DNA of 64,000 bases from the human T2T-CHM13v2.0 reference genome, Homo sapiens, in assembly GCF_009914755.1 (NCBI RefSeq), contig NC_060947.1; one strand, given 5' to 3'. Of the stretch, positions 29,539 to 43,020 are shown piece by piece. A program made the translations under genes and the position numbers. Position 1 is the stretch's first letter, and each line of letters opens with the position of its first letter. A model generated the notes under the pieces. It made no database searches. It was given only the letters and a program-made list of their open reading frames with translations, and was not told the DNA's origin.

Positions 29539-29910
29539 CTCATGAAATATATATAACAAACCAGCGTTATGTGCACATATGCACAAATGCACTCATACTG
29601 GAGGATACAGTGAGTGTTTGAGTTTTTATATCTTGTAGTTGTTCATGCAAGATGGTTTATGGAGTTGAAATTTGTCATCCATATAAGTAATGTACTACTT
29701 GAAATTGGACAAAGTATGGAGAAGAGCCTTAAAAATCATTGAAAAAATGAGGTGAGCTTAAAAGAATTTAATATGTGTAGCTCAGGGAAGCTGCTGTTTA
29801 GGAGAAGTGGGAATGTGCCTCTGCTTCAGGACTGTAAGTCCCCAAAGAGTAATTTGCAGGCAGTAAGAAGGCACTACAGAGAAGGAAATGGGCAGAAAGG
29901 AATTGAAGTG

Positions 29911-30371
29911 TGTCTTAGTTTGCTCAGGCTTCCATAACAAAATATCACAGACTAGGTGGCTTAAACAACAGACATTTATCCTCTCATGTTCTGGAGGCTG
30001 GAAGTCCAAGATCAAGGTGCTGGCTGATTTGGTTCTGGTGAGGGTTCCAATCTTGGCTCACAGATGGCTGCTTTCTTGCTGTGTCCTCATATAGTCTCTT
30101 CTTTGTGAGCAAAGAAGAAAAAGAATGAAAAAAACAAAAAAAGAAAGAAAAAAGAAAAATAAGAAAAGGAAAAAGAAAGAAGAAGAGCAAGAAGAAGAGC
30201 TCTGTTATCTCTTCTTTTAAGGACCTGCCCTGATTTAATTGAGGTTAAATAACTGTATGACTTCATTTAACCTTAATTACCTCCTTGTAAACCCTATCTC
30301 CAAATACAGTCGTATTGGGGATTAGGGTTTCAACTTATGAATTTGGTGGAGAAACAATTAATTCCATAGTA
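29911..30371 (-). mobile_element. MLT1A/B-type solo LTR with internal A/G-rich tract
   Basis: TGTCTTAGTTTGCTCAGGC...GGAGGCTGGAAGTCCAAGATCAAGG; TSD AAGTG/GAGTG. Confidence 0.85.
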
Positions 30372-31177
30372 GAGTGGAAGCTATAGGCAGTAGAATGACC
30401 TCCCAGGGAAACAACGGGGACAGTGATGCTATTCCTGAGGAATTAAAAGTGCATTGGGCTGGGCCAGTTCCACAATATGCTGTAGGAAGGGCTTCCTTCC
30501 CTCCTGGCCCTTTGGAGATGTGAGGAAGGGACTGACAGACTAAAAGCTTTAGGTTGCTTGGGAGATATCGTCTGATAAAAACTTTAATCTGGTAACCTTC
30601 CTCTCTCTTTCTCTCTCTACCTCTCACTCTCTCTCTGTCTGGCTCTCTTAATGGAATGCTAGTGTATTCTTATTAGGAAGATAGAACTTGGTTAGGAAGG
30701 AAGGAAGAAAAACGGCAGGCAGGCAGGCATTGGAGCCAGCAGGACTGGGAGATCACAACCACAATCTCCTGGGCAAAAGAAAGGGGAAATGAGAAGCAGT
30801 GCTTTCTCAGTCATGCGAGTAGTTACTGGCAGTTTGTTCTGGCCAGCAGAACTTCTGATATCATGGCTATTGAATAACTTATCATCAAAGTTTAATGTGA
30901 AACCAGGTGACTGATAACTAAATCTAGGAACAGAAATAGAATCTTCATTTTTTCTGCCTGAAGAAACTTTTTTCTGTCATTTGATTTAAAGGCCAAAGGC
31001 TATTCACCATACCACTGAGAATTATAAAACCTTTATGAAAACTCATCACAGTGTTGAATTGAATGTGTGATAGAGAGGAAAGCTGGGATAATTTCAATCC
31101 TTACCCGACCCATCTTAATAAGGTAAAGACTCCTGTGAAAGCTACCATACTCAACGCAGTGAGATCACAGCATAGCC

Positions 31178-31211
<34 letters not shown>

Positions 31212-32118
31212 TCTTTCTAGGTTGAATGGAAATGAGGCAGTAGCCAAAGGGGATAGAAATAAACGTTCTTCTCTTACTGTGATTGTGTGGATCTGATGGG
31301 CTTTTCAAAATGGCACATGGGTCAGTGTTTCTTGGAGCCTGGACTAGCATACCCTCCCGGCATCTTAAGAGAAACAATCTCCAGGCTTGGTAGAAGTCCT
31401 TGGCTTTCTTGCTTAGAAATGTCAGAAGCCAATGAATATTTACATCCCCATCTCACCTTTGCTCTGATTTGCTAATCTGATCCTTATCAAATTAGGCCAA
31501 AAGGAAAGCAGTTAGAAACTTGAACTTCCATTGTTAGATAAGTACCAATCTCTACATTAAGAGCTATACAGATACTTGTAAATTTCTCACTGGGACACAG
31601 AATTGGTACATATCTCCAGGTGATCCTCTTCTCTCAGCATGTATATTCTTCTCTCATGTAGAAATCAGTTGCTTTGATGGTCAGAAAGAGACAAAGAGAA
31701 ACAAATTCATCAGTCTGTATTATATCACAGTAGAATACAAGGCTAGAAAGTAGGTTCAACCCTGTTGGAACCCAGCCGGTCTGCTGCCCTCGCTGAGTTT
31801 CAGGGTCCCTGTCTGCATATCTGGAAAATAAGTTCATCTTTCCTAAAGACCCATCCAATCTTTGATTCTATAATCATAAGTAGGGTGATAAGATTTTATT
31901 TCCTACTTAGAGGGCCACCTGGAGAGTACATTCTGCTTTAATTTTCTGTTTTGGTGATGGGGAATTTGGAGCCATGCATGGTTATGAAAGGCCCAGAGAT
32001 GGAATCTCATCTCTGATTCAAGGCTTTGGTTCCTGGCTTCCTGCTGTATTACTTCAATGAAACCAAACCTTTTAGGGCATATGTCTGCACATATTGGCCT
32101 ACTCAAAATGCCATTCTA

Positions 32119-32419
<301 letters not shown>

Positions 32420-32472
32420 CAAAATGCCTTTCCGAATGATCCCATTGACTGGGCAGAAATGTTACATTGTTA

Positions 32473-32892
<420 letters not shown>

Positions 32893-33297
32893 ATTTTTTT
32901 TGCACAGTCTTCTCCATGAGATTTATACTCCTAGAGAGCAGAGATAACAACAAGCCTATAAGGCAAGGTAGTATTGTTTTATTTAGTGCCTGCCTATTAC
33001 CAAAAGAGTTTGAAGCAGTTTATACTAAAAACATAAGAAGAATAATCTTAGAAACCCAGGAAGAAAATTTGGGCAGAGAAGTCTCTGGGAAGCATCCCAA
33101 AACTAATGGCTACTGAAAATAAACCTCTCTAAACCCTTCTCTGTCTTTCTCTCTCCTTTCTTTTTCTTTCTCCTTCCCTTCTTGATTTGTATTGTGTTTT
33201 CTCAATTAATTATTTTCTCTTTCCTATCCCTTCTTTTTTTCCTATTTGGTTTCAGACGAATTGAGCCAGGTTTCTGAAACCTGAAGCCAAAAGCACC

Positions 33298-33679
33298 TGT
33301 ATTAGTCTGTTCCCACACTGCTATAAAGAACTACCTGAGACTGGGTAATTTATGAAGAAAAGAGGTTTAATGAACTCACAGTTCCACAGGCTGGACAGGA
33401 AGCATGGCTGGGAAGGCCTCAGGAAGCTTACAATCATGGCAGAAGTTGAAGGAGAAGCAAGCACCTTCTTCACATGGCAGAGCAGGAGGAACAGAGAGCG
33501 AAGGGGGAAGCACTACACGCTTTTAAACCATCAGATCTCATGAGAACTCACTATCAAGAGAACAGCAAGGGGGAAATCCGCCCCCATGATCTAATCACCT
33601 CCCACCAGGTCCCTCCCCAATACTGGGAATTACAATTCAACTTGAGATTTGGGTGGGGACACAGAGCCAAATCATATCA
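33298..33679 (-). mobile_element. THE1 (D-like) solo LTR
   Basis: TGTATTAGTCTGTT...GAGCCAAATCATATCA, TSD GCACC/GCATT. Confidence 0.9.
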
Positions 33680-33699
33680 GCATTCTAATGGATACATCA

Positions 33700-34790
33700 A
33701 TCGATTTTCATGGCATGACATTAGGTATGAACTATTATCACCCCCATTTTACAGATGAAGAAACTGAGGCACAGAGGGGTTGAAGATGAAGACTTGCCTA
33801 AAATCAAATGGTAAATGGTGGAGTGAGGATTTTGATGAAGATAGTCTGAAGCCAGTAGCTACATCATTAATTATTATAATATATACTGCCAAGTATGAAA
33901 TCAGATTTTAAACCAGGTCTGTTTAACTCAAACCCCATTGATCTTGACTATTAAACTATGCTCCCTGTGATGAAAATGATGATGACCATGACAATGACAA
34001 TAACAGTAATAATTATAACTGACATTTATTGAGCTTTTATAGTGTGTCAGCATTAGTCTAAATATTTTTTAAAAATCAACTCATTTTCACAAAAACCCTA
34101 TGAGTCAGGTACTACTATTATCCACATTTTAGAAATATTTATTTCTATTCATATTCACAAACAAGTATAGGTCATTTAAAAATTCTAGTTAAGACGTAAT
34201 TCACATACCATAAAACTTACCTTGTTAATCATTTTAATTATTATTTGATTAAGAAATAATACACATCGCCATAAAATTTACAACTGTATACTTTGTACAA
34301 TTCAGTGATTTTTGTATGTCCACTATGTTGCACAGCCATCACCACTGTCTAATTTTAGAACATTTTCATCACCCCTAAAAGAAACTCTGTATCCATTAGC
34401 AGTCACCCTCCACTCAGCCCTTGGCAACCACTAATCTACTTTCTGTCTCTATGGATTTATCTGTTCTGGACATTTCATATAAATGAAATCATACAATATG
34501 TGACCTTTTGTGTCCAGCTTTTTTCACACAGAACAGAGAAAAACAGCTACCATTTATTGGTTGCCATGACTACTATGTCCTACGCACTGTTATTGAGAGC
34601 TTTGTGTGCCTTATCTTTAATCCTCACAATAACCCTGTGGCAGAGTAGCACTATCATCTTCATGTTAATGAGGAGACCGAGGCACAGAGCTGTTCAGTAA
34701 CTTGCATAAAGCGCAGCAGCGCATACATGGAAGAGTTAAAACGCAAATCCAGGTCTGTCTGTATCCAAATCCCATACCCTTTACATTCCA
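33700..34790 (-). mobile_element. MIR fragments plus L1MB-type 3' fragment (~34180-34530)
   Basis: CCCATTTTACAGATGAAGAAACTGAGGCACAGAG; L1MB motif TTTAGAACATTTTCATCACCCC..GGCAACCACTAATCTACTTTCTGTCTCTATGGATTT. Confidence 0.75.
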
Positions 34791-35287
34791 TCTTTCTGCC
34801 TTAGCGTCACATGGATGTGGGCCAGTAATGTGGTGGCATTGCAGCCAGGGCAAAGGAGTTGAGCCAACCACGTGGTGCTGAGAAGCATAGCCCTAAGATC
34901 TCCTGGACCTGGTGTCTTTTAGTGGGGTGGGGGCTGGGGATGCCCTATCTCAAGCCTGTGCTCCTGACCCCAGTAAATTTGCCTGCTGAGGTCCTGCTTG
35001 CTTACTTCTTCCTGCAGCTTCTTGGCGGCCCCAGCTGCAGTCTTTGGTTTTACTCAATTTGGATGTGTAGGTTACAGAGTTTGTATGGTAGAGTGTCTGT
35101 ATTTCTTCATCTGGCTTTGGTTACACGTGGAAACATGACAAAGCAAGTCAAGCTTTCTATGAAGAGAAGGACAAAAATTCACTGAACTTATTCAAGTATT
35201 CCCCTGAAGTCTGCAGCTCAGGCACATTTCCATCTGGAGCCCATTGAATAGCACCAGCTCCCCTTCTCTGGATGGGCATCTGAGGAT

Positions 35288-35367
35288 GAACTTCTGGTCT
35301 TAAGTGATCCTCCACCTCAGCCTCCCAAAGTGCTGGGATTGCAGGTGTGAGACATTGCACTTGGCCC
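35288..35367 (-). mobile_element. Alu 5' (left-arm) fragment only
   Basis: AAGTGATCCTCCACCTCAGCCTCCCAAAGTGCTGGGATT; no tail or TSD. Confidence 0.8.
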
Positions 35368-35684
35368 AAAAGCAGATGTTTATACTAATAGGTATGGACA
35401 ATGAAGAATTAAGTGGTGATTTCCATGCTCTTTATAAGATGGCAGAGAAATGAATACTACTTTTCTAAAAATAGTGCCTGCCAAAAGAGTTTGTTTCAAT
35501 AATTTGGAAAATGCAGGTCCAAATGGCTCATTCTTTCAGATTGCTGAACTGATTTGCTGTTATTGCGGCTAGAGGCCTCTAAGAGTCACTGTTGAGCTCT
35601 CAGAGGAATGTAGAAGCTGACAGGAAAGAGAGGGTCTAGAAGGAAACCTTATCTTATATAACCAGAAAATATTTATCAAATGTG

Positions 35685-35930
35685 ACGCATTAATCTTGAT
35701 ACAATATTATTAACCAAACTATAAAAGTTATTCAGATTTCATCAGTTTTTCCAGGATCCATTCAGGATTCCCCATGGTATTTATCATCTTAGTCACATCA
35801 TGTCTCCAGTCTGTGACAGCTCCTCGGTCTTTTCTTGTTTTCCATGACCTTGACATTTTAGTGGTCAGGTGTTTTGTAGGCAGTCCCTCAATTTGAGTTT
35901 GTATAGTGGTCTGTCATGATTAGAATGAAA
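35685..35930 (-). mobile_element. L1MC-type 3' fragment
   Basis: ACAATATTATTAACCAAACTA..ATTCAGATTTCA..CCAGGATCCA..TTCCATGACCTTGACA. Confidence 0.55.
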
Positions 35931-36174
35931 TAGAAATTTCTCATAAGACTGAAATAGGTTTAAGTTAGTGGAGCCCTCTTGGGGCTAAATTTAAGAAAGG
36001 GAGAAGTTAATTTTCTTTGCCCTGCTGCACCTCCTGCATCTTGCCCTCCATTCCCATCTCCAGTTCACTTCTCTCTGCCCTCAGTGGCCAAGTCTTAATA
36101 AACACTTATGCTTGCTCTGTGTCCAAACCAATGATAAGCGCTTGGGGCACTGCAGATGGAAGGTGTCTGCCTCC

Positions 36175-36352
36175 ATTCCTCTTTCTCTTCTTTCTTTCCA
36201 TTTCTTTTCTTTCTTTCTTTTCCTTTCTTTCTTTTTCTTTCTCTCTCTCCTGTTTTTCTCTCTCCTTCTGTCTCTCTGTTTCTCTCTCTTTCCTTCTCTC
36301 TCTTTCTCTCTCCTCCTCTCTCTGTCTCTCTCTCTCTCTTTCTCTCTGTCTC
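36175..36352. repeat. Polypyrimidine (CT/CTTT)n low-complexity tract
   Basis: Direct inspection. Confidence 0.95.
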
Positions 36353-37282
36353 AACAGGTGTCCTCAAACTCTAGGAATGAATTCCAATATCCTACATTGT
36401 GACCAGAAGGAGGCCCCACAGTACTCCTTCTGAAAGGGTTTGAGCAGAGGGCAGTCAGTCCCGCAGCTGTAATTCATCATTACATCACTCATTGTGTGAA
36501 ACACAATAATGTCCCATTAGCAAAGTATTAAATCTGAAATGTTTGTACTGAATTCTGGAGAAACTTCCTGAGGTTACCTTCCCAACTGGGTGGTGTGATG
36601 TTTCATCTCAGTGGTTCTGATTTTTCTTACTTTCGGTGGAAGGGGGAATAGTAACTTAGTTTTCTGGAGTTTCCAGAGGGATGGGAAATATTATGAAATC
36701 AACAACGTTGCAGCTCAGAACATGATCCTTTCAATTTTCACCAGTGGCTAAAATTTATTATCTTTTTCTGATAAAAGTTTGGGGCTTTTAATCACAGCTC
36801 CATCGAGCCTCAAGGCTGGAGGAAGATCTTCCAGTCCTTGTCACAGTCCTGTCATTTTACATATGAAATCACCGAGGCCAGAGAGGGAAAAACAACCAAT
36901 TACTCAATCAATGAAATCTATATTGCTTGTTTTCTGTGTGCTCAGTTCTGTACTGACTGGTAGAAGGGTATATAGGCTTATAGGACATTGTCCCTATCTG
37001 TAAAAATCTTCAAGATCTAGCATGGGGGTGTTTACTATTCTGTTTAAGGTGAGCAAGAGCAAGGCAGCAATTATGGCATTGATGCTAAGTATCATATGAA
37101 TTCATAGATAAGTCCAACAAAAGCTTGAAAAGGCCTTAAAGTGGGGTAGAAATTGAACTGGATATGTCACAATTGATAGGATTTAGAGAGAGGAAAAAGC
37201 CAGACAGTGGAAGGCTCCAAAAGCCAAACAGAAAAGGTTGAAAGATTTGAAGCAAGAGTGCCATGAGGGGGCCAGTGTGGGG

Positions 37283-37594
37283 TTTTTTTATTTTCTTGTT
37301 TGTTTTGAGACGGAGTCTCACTCTGTCACCCAGGCTGGAGTGCAGTGGTGTGATCTTGGCTCACTGAAACCTCCGCCTCCCGGGTTGAAGTGATTCTCCT
37401 GCCTCAGCCCTCCTGCGTAGCTGGGATTACAGGCACGTGCCACCACGCCTGACTAATTTTTTTTTTTTGTATTTTTGATAGAGACGGGGTTTCACCACAT
37501 TGGTCATGCTGGTCTCAAAATCCTGACCTCATGATCCACATGCCTCGGCCTCCCAAAGTGCTGGGATTATAGGCGTGAGCCACCGCGCCCAGCC
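37283..37594 (-). mobile_element. AluS inserted in the tail of the adjacent AluJ
   Basis: Full dimer directly followed by a second Alu. Confidence 0.9.
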
Positions 37595-37904
<310 letters not shown>

Positions 37905-40569
37905 TAATTGAGATGTGCAGTGGGATCAACTGTTTCGAGTGGGAGAGTCATTGCCAGGCAAGTGTGACATTTATTCTGTGCCTCTCAGAAGCAGCACCAA
38001 AGCACTGTGGTCCACTAGTGAAACTAGAAATCAGGTAGGAAAGAAAAATTCTGCTATATCGAGGCAGCAGGAGAGACTTTTTGTAGTAAATGTATCCTTG
38101 AGTGTTCCTTAAATTTTAATAGAAAAAGTACATTGGTTAACATGTTTAAAGTGCTTATTATGTGCTAGCCATTGCTATGTGTGCATTGGTTCACGTAATC
38201 TCTCTGATACAGACGAGGAAACTGAGGCTTGTAAAATAAGTCGCTCCCCTTAAATCATAAGGCCAGAAGATAGCAAAGTAAACTTTCCTAAATAGACCTG
38301 TCTGATTTCAGAGTCCCTATCTCCTGACACCCTACACGTGGCGGCATTATTTCTTCCATGTTAGAGCTGGAGGAAATTCTAGTCCAAACTCTTGTTTTAA
38401 TGAAGAGCAGGCCAAAGGCCAAACAATCAGAGTGGTGCACCTAATCCTTGATCATTTTGTTCTTAAAAATGTTGGTGCCTCTGACATCAGGCATCTGGAT
38501 GCTGGGGATGGAGTATCTGGTCCTGATGTCACAGAGTAACTTAGGGGAACAAACCCTCTCTAAAAGAGTTCAGGCTTTAGACTTTCTGACTAACATTGGG
38601 GTCCCCATATTATTCAGTGGCTCTTTCCCCTCCAGTTATGACTTGAGATCTGGTTCTGGAAAAGGCTGAAAGGGAGGCCTTCCTGGCAGGAACCCAAGAC
38701 TGCATACTCCATGCACCTGGAGCTGGGCAGTCATTGTTGGGGATGGGGGGAATAGATGTTATCCCACCTTCATATTTTGATTCCTGTGACTCTGAAGGCT
38801 TTTCTGTTTGGACAAATATATCATCTAACGTGGCCAGTGTGTGTCATTGGGCAAATTGCTTGCCTTTTCTGAATGTCAGCCTTTTCCTTTGTAAAGTAAG
38901 AATAGTGATCATATCTACCTTTTTAGGGTTGTGGGTGTGAGAATGGAATGGCTTTGGTTAAGTGTACAAAGTAGACACTCAATGAATGTTAGATCCCTGA
39001 AATACCTTGGTAGGAAAGGCAGTGGGTGAAAAAATGGCAAGATCACTTAATTTGGAATTAGACAACATTGATGATGCATTTAGGATTATCAAACTTGGGT
39101 GTGTGGTCTTGGGCAAAGCAGCTAAGTTCTGGCTGTAGTCTCACCTGAAAAACAAAGAAGCTCATTCTAAATGGAGCACATGCTAATCATTAAGAAACTA
39201 AATGGTATGCAAAGCTATGGAGAAGGAGAAGCAGATAAAAAAGGGAAGGGAGAAGGGAATTGTCAAGAAATCCACTTTGCTTTTGCACATCTCACATATT
39301 TGCCAAAAGCCTCTGCTTTCATGGAGACATGAGTCTAATAAAAACATAACTGTTGTCTCTAAGGTTAGTTACTACAAAAAAAAAACCCCACACAAACATA
39401 AAACCTATAACTGCAAACTACAGGTAGTTTTAGAGAGACTTAGCCATAACAGTAATGGTAATATTTACCATTTTTTGAATGTATGCTATGACCAATAACT
39501 GAGCTGGATGCTTTACACACAGTATATCCATTTTTTCCTAGCAATCCTGCAAGGTGAGAATTATTGAAAACAGTTTACAGGTGAGGACACCAAGTTTTCA
39601 GATATGTTAAGCTAATCTTCCAGGTCTCCTGCAGATGAAAAGTGGTGGAGATGGGATTCCAACTCAGGTTTCTTGGGCTTCAAATGAGTTGCTCTTTCCC
39701 TTATGCCAAGATGTTTTTCATTTGTATCAAGTGCTAATCTTTAAAGTTGGTCTGATTAAGAGGCTCCCTTTATTTTCAGAAGCTGTAGCCAGATCATAAA
39801 GCCTTCCTGGTGTTCCTTTTTAGGGATGTTTTTCAGAAATACACAAAGAAGTCAGCCATGTTGCTTTCAATGATAGCCTGTTTAGGGGCCACATAGTATC
39901 TTACCTTTGGGTTCCCTACCTTATTCACCACATATGACTCCAAACATAACTGAATGGTTTCTGAAATGAAAATTCACACTCAAAAGACATACCTTTGCTA
40001 CAGTTGTAAATATTTGAAAAAATTATGCTTTGCAATTTGAAGGCAGTTTCAAAAAGAGGTGTTCCAGAAATGCCTTTAGTACTGGCAACACCATTGAGAA
40101 CGTAAGATGACTGCTTTAGAAATGAACAAACCCATCTGGAAGTTGAAGTATTGACATGGAGACTAAAAACAACAAGATATAATTCCTCCCCATCTCCCAC
40201 CCCAACCAAGGTATTCCATGTCTGTAAGATGAGTGGGCTGTAAATTTGTGTGTGCGTATTTGGGGTCCCCCAACATAATAGACCACAGGAGACTGGGAGA
40301 CAGATGTGGAGTTTCCCCTTAATCTTCTAGTACCTGAGTTCCTTGCCCTAAACCTAGATGATGGTTTTTAACTGCAGAGTCTTGATTTTTTACCTTGTGA
40401 AATCTAGTTGAGAGCCTCCAGCTGCTGCTCTGGTTGATATGGAAATGCAAGGGTGGGGAGATACAGCCCTAGCCACACAGAATCTCTCTAGCTGTGGGCA
40501 ATAGGCCTGGCAGAACCTGAAGGGGGCCCAGAACACTCTTGTAGGACACAGTTTAAAAACCACTCCTGA

Positions 40570-40895
<326 letters not shown>

Positions 40896-43020
40896 AAACA
40901 CTGCTGAGGTAATTCATGGGGTTTCTTGGTGATTTTTTTTCCATGTAGGAATCCTGTATACCAGTTCCTATACTGTTGGACCTTAGTTTCCTCACCTAAA
41001 AATGAAGAATCTCTCAAGTCTCCTCAAATTCTAATGATTTGGGATTCTAATGTGATCTAATAATAACCAGGACCAGGCAGTGAAAATGAGAAACCTTTGC
41101 TGACAGACCTTCCCATACAAGGCTTTAGCTCATTCCTAATGGGGGCTGAGGGGACAAGCTCTGTGGGGCTGAAATGCACCAACCCTCCTGCTAAGTCCCT
41201 TCCTCCCCATGGCTTCTAATGGTTAATGGACAGCTGACTCCATGATACACAGATCTTTCCAGCAAGTCTTCTGTCTTGTTTTTACTGCCTTGGAATTGTG
41301 GAATTGCTCAACCGATGCACATGTGGCTCATTTCACTCATTCACAACAAAAATGCAACTCCTGCCAAGTCAACAGAATGCATTAAATACACCCAAATTAT
41401 ACAACACATCCAACAAGTATTTGCCAAGCACAGTTTAATGCTCAGGAGGTGGCTGATCCAAGAGAAGAAAAACCAAAGCTCTTCAAAGATAATATATAAT
41501 ACATCTTCATTAAAAGAGAAGATAAAAAATAGAAAAATGGGCTAAGGACACAGACAGTTCACCAAGTACAAATAGTTATTGTTTAGTCTTAAAAAAATTA
41601 ATCTTCCAGGACATCCAGCCAAGTACAAATAGTTATTATGTAAAAGTAGGGGTCTGCATTGTGACCTCTATCTTGTTATATGATCTGGAGCAAGTTACAC
41701 TGTCTGGCACCAGTTTCTTCTTTAAAATGTCCAGGTTTGGCTAGATGAGCCTTAAGGTCTGGGTTCTAAAATTCTCTTGATCTCTTTTTTGTATTAAACA
41801 CAGAAGAATAAAAAAAGATGCCTCTTAGAAAAAGTAACATCCGGCATAGGTCCTGCTCCTGAAGAAGGATAAAGAATCTGATTGAAAGGCAGGTTGGGGC
41901 TGCATCGTGAATGGCCTTGAAGGACATTTAAAGATGTTTGGACATTATCTCATTGCCATAAAGAATCACTGAAAATTTTAGATCAGGGCAGTAGTGCTGA
42001 GAAAAGTTTGAGATAATATAAAAATAAATCCCTACGAAGAAAGGGTAATAGAATGAGGACAGTATGGAAGGAGTCAGAGAGGTCTTCTTGGCAGACTCTA
42101 AAAGATTTGAACTATACCCCTTCTGTTTCCACAGATGCAATTGTTTTATTTTGTTTTTAATAATGTAGCATTGAATATCATCATTTACAAGTTTTTACTT
42201 TTTTTCTGCTTCATTTTTCCTTCATATGATTTACAAGTTTTTAGTTGAAAAAGTAAAATACAGAGAAAGATAGAAAATTCCGTTTCCTCCTTCTCACATT
42301 TTTTTGGATAAATTATATATTTGACATTTTAAATGTCTTCTCAGAGAAGAGGAGCCATTCAGTATCAGCCTGCTGGCATTGCTGTCCTTAGGGAAGTAGG
42401 GACTCTGGAGACAGAATGCTCTAGCTCCTTTATGGAAATCAATTGATTGAAGGATAGAATAAAGTGATCTTCTCAACATTGATTTAATATGAACACGTTT
42501 TATTGACAGCTTCTAAAACAAAGTCTGGCTCCACTCTTTACCAAACTATTCGCCCTCTCTATGCCTCCGTTTTCTTATCTGTAAAGGAGCTAATAAGTGT
42601 ACCTACCTCATAGGGTTATGAGGATTAAACAATGTAATGTTTTTAAGGTAGGAGTTTTCATTATTTGGTAAATGCTAAGGGGAAAACAGCTTCACTGTTT
42701 AGAAAAAAATAATAAATGCAACATTTTAAGATTGCATTTCATACTTTATACCAAAATAAATTCCAGATGAATTAAAAATGAACATATTTGAAAAGATAAT
42801 GTATAATACATCCTCATTTAAAAAGAAGATAAATAACAGAAAAATGGGCTAAGGACACAGACAGTTAACCAAGTACAAATAGTTATTATGTAAAGTATAC
42901 AGCCCTTTAACTTTGGAGTTTCACTTCAAAGAAAATACAGATGCACAAGGATGTACTCATAAGGATTTCATTCTAAAATATGAACAGAATTACACTGTAG
43001 AATTATAGATGAGTTTTTAA

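Noticed and set aside
36017-36433. ORFs rich in S/L/F or R/E
   Set aside because: Translation of the (CT)n microsatellite
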